From Clostridium sp. 26_21 (GTDB taxonomy: Bacteria > Bacillota > Clostridia > TANB77 > CAG-508), in contig MNRO01000017.1 in the NCBI GenBank assembly GCA_001915995.1, positions 22,777 through 54,776 of the forward strand: 32,000 nt of DNA, written 5' to 3'. How positions within the stretch are numbered: the first letter of the stretch is position 1; every line of letters begins with the position of its first letter. Below the pieces are notes generated by a model that worked only from the letters and a program-made list of their open reading frames with translations, did no database searches and was not told the DNA's origin. Both the position numbers and the translations under genes were made by a program. Shown here piece after piece: positions 8,273-16,290 of this stretch.

Positions 8273-10021
8273 TTATCTAAATCCGCCTCCTGAAGATCCT
8301 CCTGCTGAGCCTCCTCCAAAAGGATTACTTGATCCTCCTGCTCCATCAGGATTAGGTCCAAAGCCATCATTATCATGTGCTCTCTCCATTCTTTCAGCTT
8401 CTCTTATTCCTTCAAAACAACAATCAACAAGGTTATCAATATAACTCGTAGTATTACTCATATCTAATATTGTATCTGATTTAAAATTTGGATATAATTT
8501 GCTAAATTGTTCTTGTACTTTATCTGCAACTCCAAGTAATTGAGCAAATATTAAATATTCTTCCCATATTTGAACTTCTATATATTCTTTTTCAGATATA
8601 AGACTATAATCTAAAAGAAATCTCCTTAATCCTTTCAATTTTAATGCTTCTTCTTTTAATTTTGGACTTACATTTCTAACTGCTATTCCATCTGAATATC
8701 CTTTAGTAATTAATCCTTGTCCTAATAATTTTCTTTCAGTATAATTTAATATATTATCAAACCAATTTTTCATATTTTCATAATTATATTTACACCAATT
8801 TTTTAATTCATTAGGTTCTAGAATTTCATTTTTTCCTGCTGCACTTTTTAAAATAGCTATTAATGAATTTTCAACTTCATTTTCCCCATACTCTATTTTA
8901 CTGAGGTCTATTGAATAATTGTTATCCTTAAATTCTATTTTCTTATTCTGGTTTTTGTTTATTGCAATTTTTCCTTCTTTAAACCACTTTAAAAATATTG
9001 CTCCAACAATTCCTTTTTTTAAAACACTATCAGCAGAAACATAATATTGATAACACACCCAATATGTAACTTCTAGGTCTTTATCACATGGTATTTCTCT
9101 ATAATATTCAACCTTGTCATCTGCCGGTAATCTTCTATCTTCTTGTAATATATTTAGTGGTTCTTCTGCACTTACTGATTTTTCTACAATTGTCTTTTTA
9201 TTAGCACCTTTTATAATACTTATTAAAATTACTATTATAAATATGGTAAAAGGATTTAATAAAATAGATATAATAGTCAAAATAACATTTACAAAAATCC
9301 TCATATCACTTTTAGCAGATTTTTTTACATCTTCAAAACTCAAATTCGATTTATTATTAGTCGAAAATATATTATTTTCAAATTTTATCAATCCAACCAT
9401 ATATTGTGATTTTGATAATTCTCCTTTAGAATCTAAAACAATGTCACCATTTTCAAAATTAATTGTTCCTTTATATCCATAAGACCATATTTTTGAATTT
9501 TCTACTGATAAATTATTATTACAATGTATTTTTATCACTACTTTATTAACATCTTGATTCAATTTCAAAAAATTAAAATATATTCCTTGGCAATCAGTAT
9601 ATTGTATAACTAATTTATTTATTTTATATTTTAAAGTATATATTTTGTTTCCATATTGAGATATTCCCCAGCAAAGTTCAACCCCATTACTTGTTTCTTT
9701 CATCCCACACTTATATGATTTATAATCAAAACTTCCATTTGTATTCCAATCAGATATTAATTGATATTTTCTTTCACTTTCATCAGTGACTGAAAAATCT
9801 AAAATTTTTGAATCTTGCAACTTAAAAAATGGTCTATATCCTTCCGTACCTTGTGTTAAATTTGCTTGCCATGTTTCTATTACAGTAGCATCTCCATTTT
9901 CATCTAAATCAATATCCATCTCTATCTTTTCTATAGAATTAGCTTGTACTTTATTAGTTAAAACATAAAACATTAATATAAAAGCACACAGTATAATTCT
10001 TTTTATCATTTTATTTTTCAT
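8273..10021 (-). CDS. DUF2207-type membrane protein (third, divergent paralogue)
   Basis: 582 aa with a signal peptide, extracellular domain, TM region (ILTIISILLNPFTIFIIVILISII) and cytoplasmic part containing EEYLIFAQLLGVADKV. The tail is Gly/Ser-rich (GGSSNPFGGGSAGGSSGGGFR). Confidence 0.7.
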   Translation of the reverse strand: MKNKMIKRIILCAFILMFYVLTNKVQANSIEKIEMDIDLDENGDATVIETWQANLTQGTEGYRPFFKLQDSKILDFSVTDESERKYQLISDWNTNGSFDYKSYKCGMKETSNGVELCWGISQYGNKIYTLKYKINKLVIQYTDCQGIYFNFLKLNQDVNKVVIKIHCNNNLSVENSKIWSYGYKGTINFENGDIVLDSKGELSKSQYMVGLIKFENNIFSTNNKSNLSFEDVKKSAKSDMRIFVNVILTIISILLNPFTIFIIVILISIIKGANKKTIVEKSVSAEEPLNILQEDRRLPADDKVEYYREIPCDKDLEVTYWVCYQYYVSADSVLKKGIVGAIFLKWFKEGKIAINKNQNKKIEFKDNNYSIDLSKIEYGENEVENSLIAILKSAAGKNEILEPNELKNWCKYNYENMKNWFDNILNYTERKLLGQGLITKGYSDGIAVRNVSPKLKEEALKLKGLRRFLLDYSLISEKEYIEVQIWEEYLIFAQLLGVADKVQEQFSKLYPNFKSDTILDMSNTTSYIDNLVDCCFEGIREAERMERAHDNDGFGPNPDGAGGSSNPFGGGSAGGSSGGGFR

Positions 10022-10023
10022 TT

Positions 10024-10929
10024 TTATCTCCCTTTTATAAATTCTAATACATCTCTATAAATTTGCTCATATTCTTTTTCATTTAATATTTCATATCTTA
10101 AATCAGGATATAATTTACTTTTTATATTTTTATATCCTAATTTATTTAAGAATTGTTCTAAATTTTTAAATTTTTGCTCAGTTTGAATTACTGGATCATT
10201 TTCACCAGCAATTAAAAATATATCTAATTTTTTATTTTTCACTTCATATTTTTGTGGTTCAAATGCTCTTTTTAATAATTTATATAAATTTATAAATCCA
10301 TTTGTTGTAAAAACAAATCCACATAATTCATCATCATTATAAACACTTATATTTTCAGGATTTTTAGATAGCCATTCATTTTCTGCATTATATCCTTTAT
10401 TATAACTAGCAAATGTTAAATGGTTTAAAATTTTATTTGTCTTTTTTCCCATTCCTATACTTTTAAATACATATGCCATAAATATTGCGAATGGTGTAAA
10501 TGGATTTTTGGTAGGAGTACCACATAAAATAATTTTTTCTATTTCATTATCATATTTTTGCATATATCCTCTTGCAACTAATGTTCCCATACTGTGGCTA
10601 AATAAATATAATTTTTGATTTGAAAATTTTTCTTTTATATATTTTGTTACATCATGTAAATCATCTATTATGAAATTTGTATCCTCTGTATAAAAATATC
10701 CCAAATTTTTTTTGTCTTTCACACTATTTCCATGTCCTCTATGATCATTTATTACACAAACATATCCATTATTTGAAAGATATTCCATAAAATTAAAATA
10801 TCTTTCTTTGTGTTCTGCCATCCCATGTGAAAATTGCACAATTCCTTTTATCTCCTCTTTTGGAATTGTATATGCTAATTCAATCTTTAGTCCATCACTA
10901 CTAGAATTTATAAAGTCATATTTTATCAT
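10024..10929 (-). CDS. Alpha/beta hydrolase, lysophospholipase / monoacylglycerol-lipase-like
   Basis: 301 aa with HGMAEHKERY, DHRGHGNS and the nucleophile elbow SHSMG. The stop at 10024 lies 2 nt from the start of the next gene (10021). Confidence 0.8.
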   Translation of the reverse strand: MIKYDFINSSSDGLKIELAYTIPKEEIKGIVQFSHGMAEHKERYFNFMEYLSNNGYVCVINDHRGHGNSVKDKKNLGYFYTEDTNFIIDDLHDVTKYIKEKFSNQKLYLFSHSMGTLVARGYMQKYDNEIEKIILCGTPTKNPFTPFAIFMAYVFKSIGMGKKTNKILNHLTFASYNKGYNAENEWLSKNPENISVYNDDELCGFVFTTNGFINLYKLLKRAFEPQKYEVKNKKLDIFLIAGENDPVIQTEQKFKNLEQFLNKLGYKNIKSKLYPDLRYEILNEKEYEQIYRDVLEFIKGR

Positions 10930-11001
10930 TTATTTCCTCACTTTTTATTTTTTCTTTAGTATATACTAATTGACATTTCTTATCAAGCTTTATAAAAAAT
11001 T

Positions 11002-11745
11002 TTATAATTTCGTAACAATAATTCCAATTACAATTCCAAATATATTTCCTAATGCTGTCATTCTGCCATGATATAATTTATTAGATTCTGGAATAAGCTC
11101 TCCAGATACTATATAAAGCATTGCACCAGCCGCAAAGCTTAGGCATAATGATATTATCTGTTCTGATATTTTTCCTATAATACATCCTATTAGTGCACCA
11201 ATTCCTGTTGCAATTCCAGATAATATTACATAAAACATTACTTTATATATTTTCATCCCACCTGTTTTCATTGGTAATGCCATTGAGATTCCTTCTGGAA
11301 CATCATGAAAACAAATTGCTAATGCTAGGGATAATCCAAGTTTAGTGGATGCTTCAAAACCAGATCCTATTGCAAGTCCTTCTGGAATATTATGTATTGC
11401 TAATCCTATACTTACTATTATTCCAGTTTTTAATAAATTATTTGCTATATTTGTATCTATTTTTTGAGTGTTAAATTTTTTATCTACAATAATATCACAA
11501 AATATCATCGTAATTATTCCTAGAATTATTCCTATTATTATCTGTGTTATATTACTTATTTCTAATGCTTCTGGTATTAAATCAAAACATATTACTGACA
11601 TCATTAATCCTGCTGCAAATGATAAAATAAAACTTAAAAATTTATTTGATGTATTTTTTATTGTACATCCTATAATTCCTCCTACAGTTGTTCCTATAGT
11701 TCCAAAAAACAATCCTAAAATAGTTGTGTTTATAATATTTTCCAT
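11002..11745 (-). CDS. ZIP family metal (zinc) transporter
   Basis: 247 aa polytopic membrane protein with the HNIPEGLAIG and HDVPEGI motifs. Confidence 0.85.
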   Translation of the reverse strand: MENIINTTILGLFFGTIGTTVGGIIGCTIKNTSNKFLSFILSFAAGLMMSVICFDLIPEALEISNITQIIIGIILGIITMIFCDIIVDKKFNTQKIDTNIANNLLKTGIIVSIGLAIHNIPEGLAIGSGFEASTKLGLSLALAICFHDVPEGISMALPMKTGGMKIYKVMFYVILSGIATGIGALIGCIIGKISEQIISLCLSFAAGAMLYIVSGELIPESNKLYHGRMTALGNIFGIVIGIIVTKL

Positions 11746-11770
11746 TAATCATCAACCTTTCATATAATAA

Positions 11771-11818
11771 GAACAAAAAAAAACTCTTTTTAAATTTATA
11801 TTTTAAAAAGAGTTTTTT
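11771..11818 (-). terminator. Terminator after prfA (A-run/T-run flanked, could act in both directions)
   Basis: AAAAAACTCTTTTT (11778-11791) pairs with AAAAAGAGTTTTTT (11805-11818), 8 nt after the prfA stop. Confidence 0.6.
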
Positions 11819-11825
11819 ATTACTT

Positions 11826-12887
11826 TTATTCTTCTTCACCTTGTAATTTATCTGCCCTATCTGCTGCAATTAAATTATCTATCATTTCATCTAAATCACC
11901 ATTTAAGAAGTTTTCCATTTGGAAAATACTCATACCAATTCTATGGTCTGTAATACGACCTTGTGGGTAATTATAAGTACGAATTTTTTCACTTCTATCT
12001 CCACTTCCAACTTGTGTTTTTCTTGCATTTGCTATTTCAGAATCTTGTTTTTCTTTTTCTATATTATACAATCTTGAACGTAACATTTTCATTGCATATT
12101 CTCTATTTTGTAATTGTGATCTTTCTGTTTGACATTCTACAACAATTCCTGATGGTTCATGTATAAGCCTTACGGCTGATGATGTTTTATTAATATGTTG
12201 TCCTCCAGCACCAGATGCTCTAAATACTTCCATTTTAATATCTGCTGGATTTATTTCAATTTCAACATCTTCAACTACTGGTAATACTGCTACTGTTGCT
12301 GTTGATGTATGAATTCTTCCACTACTTTCTGTATCTGGAACTCTTTGAACTCTGTGTACACCACTTTCAAATTTTAGTCTACTATATGCACCTTTTCCAA
12401 CAACCATAAATGATATTTCTTTATATCCACCTAATTCTGTTTCATTCTCATTTAATATTTCTATTTTCCAGTGTTTTCTTTCTGCATACATTGAATACAT
12501 TCTAAATAATGTTGCCGCAAATAATGCTGCTTCTTCTCCTCCAGCACCACCACGGATTTCACAAATAATATTTTTATCATCATTTGGATCTTTCGGAATT
12601 AATAATGCTTTTAATTCATCTTCAATATGTGGTAAATTTTCTTTTGCCTCATAGTAATCTGCTTCAGCAAGTTCTTTTAATTCTTTATCTTCCATCATTT
12701 CTTTTGCTTCATCCATACGTTGCTTTTCTTTTTTATATTCTCTATATTTTTGTACAACTTCTTCTATTGAACTATGTTCTTTTATTAATTTTTGCCATTC
12801 TGCTTGATTTGCTATAATTTCAGGATCACTAATTAATTTAGTTAATTCTTCATATCTAGCTTCAACAGCTTCTAATTTGTCAAACAT
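11826..12887 (-). CDS. prfA: Peptide chain release factor 1
   Basis: 353 aa with the GGQ motif ([16 protein letters not shown]), the PxT-type motif [15 protein letters not shown] and a conserved RF1 N-terminus. Confidence 0.95.
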   Translation of the reverse strand: MFDKLEAVEARYEELTKLISDPEIIANQAEWQKLIKEHSSIEEVVQKYREYKKEKQRMDEAKEMMEDKELKELAEADYYEAKENLPHIEDELKALLIPKDPNDDKNIICEIRGGAGGEEAALFAATLFRMYSMYAERKHWKIEILNENETELGGYKEISFMVVGKGAYSRLKFESGVHRVQRVPDTESSGRIHTSTATVAVLPVVEDVEIEINPADIKMEVFRASGAGGQHINKTSSAVRLIHEPSGIVVECQTERSQLQNREYAMKMLRSRLYNIEKEKQDSEIANARKTQVGSGDRSEKIRTYNYPQGRITDHRIGMSIFQMENFLNGDLDEMIDNLIAADRADKLQGEEE

Positions 12888-12930
12888 AAAATTATTCTCC
12901 TTTTCTACTCTCCAATTTTTAACATTATTT

Positions 12931-12959
12931 ATTATACTATATATTTAATGGTTTTTCAA
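12931..12959 (-). promoter_or_regulatory. Putative sigma-A promoter of prfA (TTGAAA-17-TATAAT)
   Basis: Minus strand: -35 at 12959-12954, -10 at 12936-12931, about 45 nt upstream of the ATG. Confidence 0.5.
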
Positions 12960-12991
12960 GTGTTTTTTCTTTCATTTAATTTATTAAAATT

Positions 12992-14947
12992 TTAAAGTTC
13001 AATAAAATTAAATTCAATATTATTATTTTGTAAAATTCTTAATTCCCTAGTCGTACATGTAAATATAATTATTTGTCTATCTTTAAATTCTTTTGATAAA
13101 AATAGCATAATATTTTCCAATCTAATATCATCAAAATATGCAAATGCTTCATCTAATATTATTGGTAATTTTTCATTAGTTATTTCATCTATAATAGCTA
13201 ACCTTAATGATAAATAGATTTGATCTATTGTTCCTATACTTAATCTATCTGCAGAAATATAATTTCCGTTTGGTAATTCTACAATTAATCCTTGTTCATC
13301 ATTAAATAAAATATTATTATATTTTCCATTAGTTATTTTTGAAATATTTTCAGATAATTTTTTATTAAATTCTGGATTAATATTTTCTTTTAATTTTTCA
13401 TAAGCTATTCCAATTGTTTCTTTAACTAACTCAATTGCATCATTATTTTCTTTTAATTCCTCTAATTGGTTCCCTAGTACTTCTTGTTCTTCTTCTAACC
13501 TTACAATTTCACTAAATTGTTCTTCAAATTCCTCTTGTTTTATTTCTAGTTTTGTTAATTCATTATTTGAATTTTCAATTATTGTTTGTAATATATTTAT
13601 TTTTTTTTCAATATTATTTTCATTAAATATTTCATTTATTTCTTCTATATTAAAAATATCTGAATATTTATCAAATATTTTTTGTTTTTCAATATTTAAT
13701 AAATATATATTTTTATTTTTTTCTTTTTCAATTTGTTCTTCCATTATTTTAGAATTATTATCTAATAAATTTAATTGATTTTTTAATTTATTAATTTCAT
13801 TTTCATTATTTTCTATATTATTATTATTTTGTTTTTCTAATTCTTTTATTTTTTTATTTATTGTTCTTATTTTTAAATAATAAATAATTAAATAAATTGG
13901 TATTATAAAAATAATTAAATATTTTATTATTTTATTTTTTATCAAATATATCCAAATTAAATTAATCATTATTAATATAAATAAAATTATATTATATTCT
14001 TTTATTTTTTTATTTTTTAATTGTTTTTTATTTTCAATTAATTTATTATTTTTTATTTTATTATAATTAATATTTTCAAAATTAATATTTTTATTTATTA
14101 TATTTTTATTATTATTATTTTCTTGAATTATTTTTTCTTTTATTTTTATTTTTTCATTATTAATTTCATTTTTATTAAAAATATTTTTTATATCTAAAAA
14201 TAAATTAATTTTATTTTTATTTTCATTTATTTCTTTTTTTAATTGATTTATTTTTTTTTGATTTTCTTCTTTTGAATTTTGTTCAAATTTTAATTCATTT
14301 ATTTTCTCTTGATTTTCTTCATATTTTTTATTAATAATATTTATTGGTCTTTCTTTTGTTCTTTCTGTTCCAATTTTCTCTAATTGTAATTTATTTAATT
14401 TATCCATTGTTTCTTTATATGAAATGTTGTCTTGACCTGTTCCCAACATGTTGGAAATTTTTTGTAGCAACATACTTTTTATATTTTTTCCAATTTTTAC
14501 CTCTTGTTGCAATGATATTGATGTTGCTAAAAACATTTTTGAATCTATTCCTGTTTGCTCTTGAAAAAATTCATTTCCATTTTTTTTATTTATATTAAAT
14601 TTATTTGATATTTCTTCTCCTTGTTCATTAAATATATTTGGATTTTTTTTATTAAATTCTCTATATATTTCATATTTATTTTTATTATTTAATTCATATG
14701 TTATTTTTCCTGAAAATTCATCACTATCCCATGGTTTATATTTTTCATAATCTGATATTTCTTTTCCATTTTTATTTTTTTGTGTTCCATATAATATATT
14801 AAAAATAAAATTTAAAATTGTTGATTTTCCACTTTCATTTTTTCCATAAATAATATTTAAATTATTATTCAATTTTATTTCTTTATTTTTTATTTTTCCA
14901 TATGAATTTATTTTTATTTTATTTATTTTCAAAATAAATCCCTCCAT
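12992..14947 (-). CDS. SbcC/Rad50-like AAA ATPase (YhaN-like) with central coiled coil interrupted by a TM hairpin
   Basis: 651 aa. The N-terminal Walker A is IIYGKNESGKST and the C-terminal Walker B is PIILDEAFAYFD. The middle is extremely N/K/I/E-rich coiled coil. Two hydrophobic segments, IILFILIMINLIWIYLI and YLIIFIIPIYLIIYYL, are encoded around 13870-13995. The start lies 5 nt after the upstream nuclease gene. Confidence 0.75.
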   Translation of the reverse strand: MEGFILKINKIKINSYGKIKNKEIKLNNNLNIIYGKNESGKSTILNFIFNILYGTQKNKNGKEISDYEKYKPWDSDEFSGKITYELNNKNKYEIYREFNKKNPNIFNEQGEEISNKFNINKKNGNEFFQEQTGIDSKMFLATSISLQQEVKIGKNIKSMLLQKISNMLGTGQDNISYKETMDKLNKLQLEKIGTERTKERPINIINKKYEENQEKINELKFEQNSKEENQKKINQLKKEINENKNKINLFLDIKNIFNKNEINNEKIKIKEKIIQENNNNKNIINKNINFENINYNKIKNNKLIENKKQLKNKKIKEYNIILFILIMINLIWIYLIKNKIIKYLIIFIIPIYLIIYYLKIRTINKKIKELEKQNNNNIENNENEINKLKNQLNLLDNNSKIMEEQIEKEKNKNIYLLNIEKQKIFDKYSDIFNIEEINEIFNENNIEKKINILQTIIENSNNELTKLEIKQEEFEEQFSEIVRLEEEQEVLGNQLEELKENNDAIELVKETIGIAYEKLKENINPEFNKKLSENISKITNGKYNNILFNDEQGLIVELPNGNYISADRLSIGTIDQIYLSLRLAIIDEITNEKLPIILDEAFAYFDDIRLENIMLFLSKEFKDRQIIIFTCTTRELRILQNNNIEFNFIEL

Positions 14948-14952
14948 ATTAT

Positions 14953-16017
14953 TTAATTTAAAATTTCTAGTCCTATTTCTAATGCTTTTTCTATTATTTT
15001 TTCGTTATAATTATTTTTATTGTTTAATAATTCTTTTACAAATAATCCCTTTAAATTATTTTCTCGAATTATTTTTTCTATATTATAATTTATTTTTGTA
15101 TTATTTTTTATTTTTATTATTTTTTCATCTAAATAATATTTATATATTTCATTAATATTTATTTCAAAATTTCTTTTTCCAATTAATATTATTTCATATA
15201 ATTTATTTTCTTCTAAATTAATTGAATTTATTTTTTCGATTATTTCTTCTATTGAATTTAATTCTGTACAATCCAATTCTTGTTTTTTAAATTCCAATTC
15301 ATCCAATTTAATAAATTCTAATTTATTTCCTAATTTAGAAATTTCTCCTGTTACCATTCCATGTTCACCCAATTCATCAAATCCCATTGCTATGGTAGAA
15401 CCAGGATATATTATTTTTCCATCATTTTTAAAATTATTTTTGTGTATATGTCCTAAAGCAATATAGTCAAATTCTTTTTCTTGTAACATTCTCGTACTCA
15501 TTGAATTATATTGCATATCTTCTAAATTCGCACCATCTAAAGTTCCATGAATTACTAATATATTTATTTTATTTGGATTTGATATTTCTAAATTGCTGAA
15601 ATTCAAATTTGAACAATAAAAATCATCAAAGCCATATCCATATATATCTGCTTCTTTTGTTTCTATTTTTTGAAATTTAGGCTTAAATATATGTACATTA
15701 TCATTCCATAAAAAATTATTATAATATGAATTTTTTAATAATGGATCATGATTTCCTGGTGAAATAAATATTTGTGTATCATTTATCTCTGAAAATAATT
15801 TATTTATATATTCAATTGTCGAATTTCTTATATATTGTGTTTCATACAAATCTCCAGCTATAAAAAAGTATTTTATGTTTTTTTCTTTTATATAATCAAT
15901 TATTTTTCTTAATATAATTCTTTGATCATATCTTCTTTGTTCTCCAATTCCAATCTTATCTGAAAGCATTTTAAATTGTGTATCAAAATGCATATCTGCT
16001 ATATGTACAAATTTCAT
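14953..16017 (-). CDS. Metallophosphoesterase, SbcD/Mre11-like DNA exonuclease (YhaO-like)
   Basis: 354 aa with the calcineurin-fold motifs HIADMH, AGDLYE, GNHD and LGHIH. Confidence 0.8.
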   Translation of the reverse strand: MKFVHIADMHFDTQFKMLSDKIGIGEQRRYDQRIILRKIIDYIKEKNIKYFFIAGDLYETQYIRNSTIEYINKLFSEINDTQIFISPGNHDPLLKNSYYNNFLWNDNVHIFKPKFQKIETKEADIYGYGFDDFYCSNLNFSNLEISNPNKINILVIHGTLDGANLEDMQYNSMSTRMLQEKEFDYIALGHIHKNNFKNDGKIIYPGSTIAMGFDELGEHGMVTGEISKLGNKLEFIKLDELEFKKQELDCTELNSIEEIIEKINSINLEENKLYEIILIGKRNFEININEIYKYYLDEKIIKIKNNTKINYNIEKIIRENNLKGLFVKELLNNKNNYNEKIIEKALEIGLEILN

Positions 16018-16056
16018 TATATATTTTTCCCTTCTTTTGTTAATTTTTATGTGATT

Positions 16057-16085
16057 ATTTTATAATATTTATTTTCTTTTTTCAA
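16057..16085 (-). promoter_or_regulatory. Putative promoter of the SbcD-like/SbcC-like operon (TTGAAA-17-TAAAAT)
   Basis: Minus strand: -35 at 16085-16080, -10 at 16062-16057. It lies between repeat copy B and the ATG at 16017. Confidence 0.4.
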
Positions 16086-16114
16086 TAGTTCTTAGAACTT
16101 TTGTTTTCTTTTTT

Positions 16115-16245
16115 TAGAACAAAGAGATGTAGTTGCCCTTTGTTCTCGCCCGATTTGAGTTTTCGACTAAAAGGAGAAAATCTCAAATGGCTAGCGATTG
16201 TAGCTTTTATATGTTAAGAAGTTCAGAGAACTTTCCTAGTATATA
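16115..16245. repeat. Intergenic hairpin-rich repeat, copy B (divergent loops, conserved stems)
   Basis: Shares TAGAACAAA..TTTGTTCTCGCCCGATTTGAG..ATCTCAAATGGCTAGCGATTGTAGC..CTTTCCTAGTATATA with copies A and C. Confidence 0.85.
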
Positions 16246-16247
16246 AA

Positions 16248-16290
16248 ATAATATAATCCCTAGGAATATTCTCCTAGGGATTATATTATT
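16248..16290 (-). terminator. Long hairpin immediately after the T4CP stop codon
   Basis: AATAATATAATCCCTAGG (16248-16265) pairs with CCTAGGGATTATATTATT (16273-16290) in an 18-bp perfect stem. Confidence 0.6.

Noticed and set aside
13560-14340. A long stretch with almost no G/C and many short recurring A/T words, which could suggest a tandem repeat, CRISPR-like array or non-coding spacer.
   Set aside because: One reading frame stays open throughout. It encodes the N/K/I/E-rich coiled coil and TM hairpin of the SbcC-like ATPase. There are no regularly spaced identical repeats.
16095-16106. GAACTTTTGTTT, an 11/12 match to the Firmicute LexA (Cheo) box GAAC-N4-GTTC, upstream of the SbcD-like repair gene.
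   Set aside because: The last conserved C is missing. The site lies upstream of the predicted -35 rather than overlapping the promoter, and it is part of the partial repeat-element module. The GAAC..GTTC of P1 in the repeat has the wrong spacing (over 20 nt).
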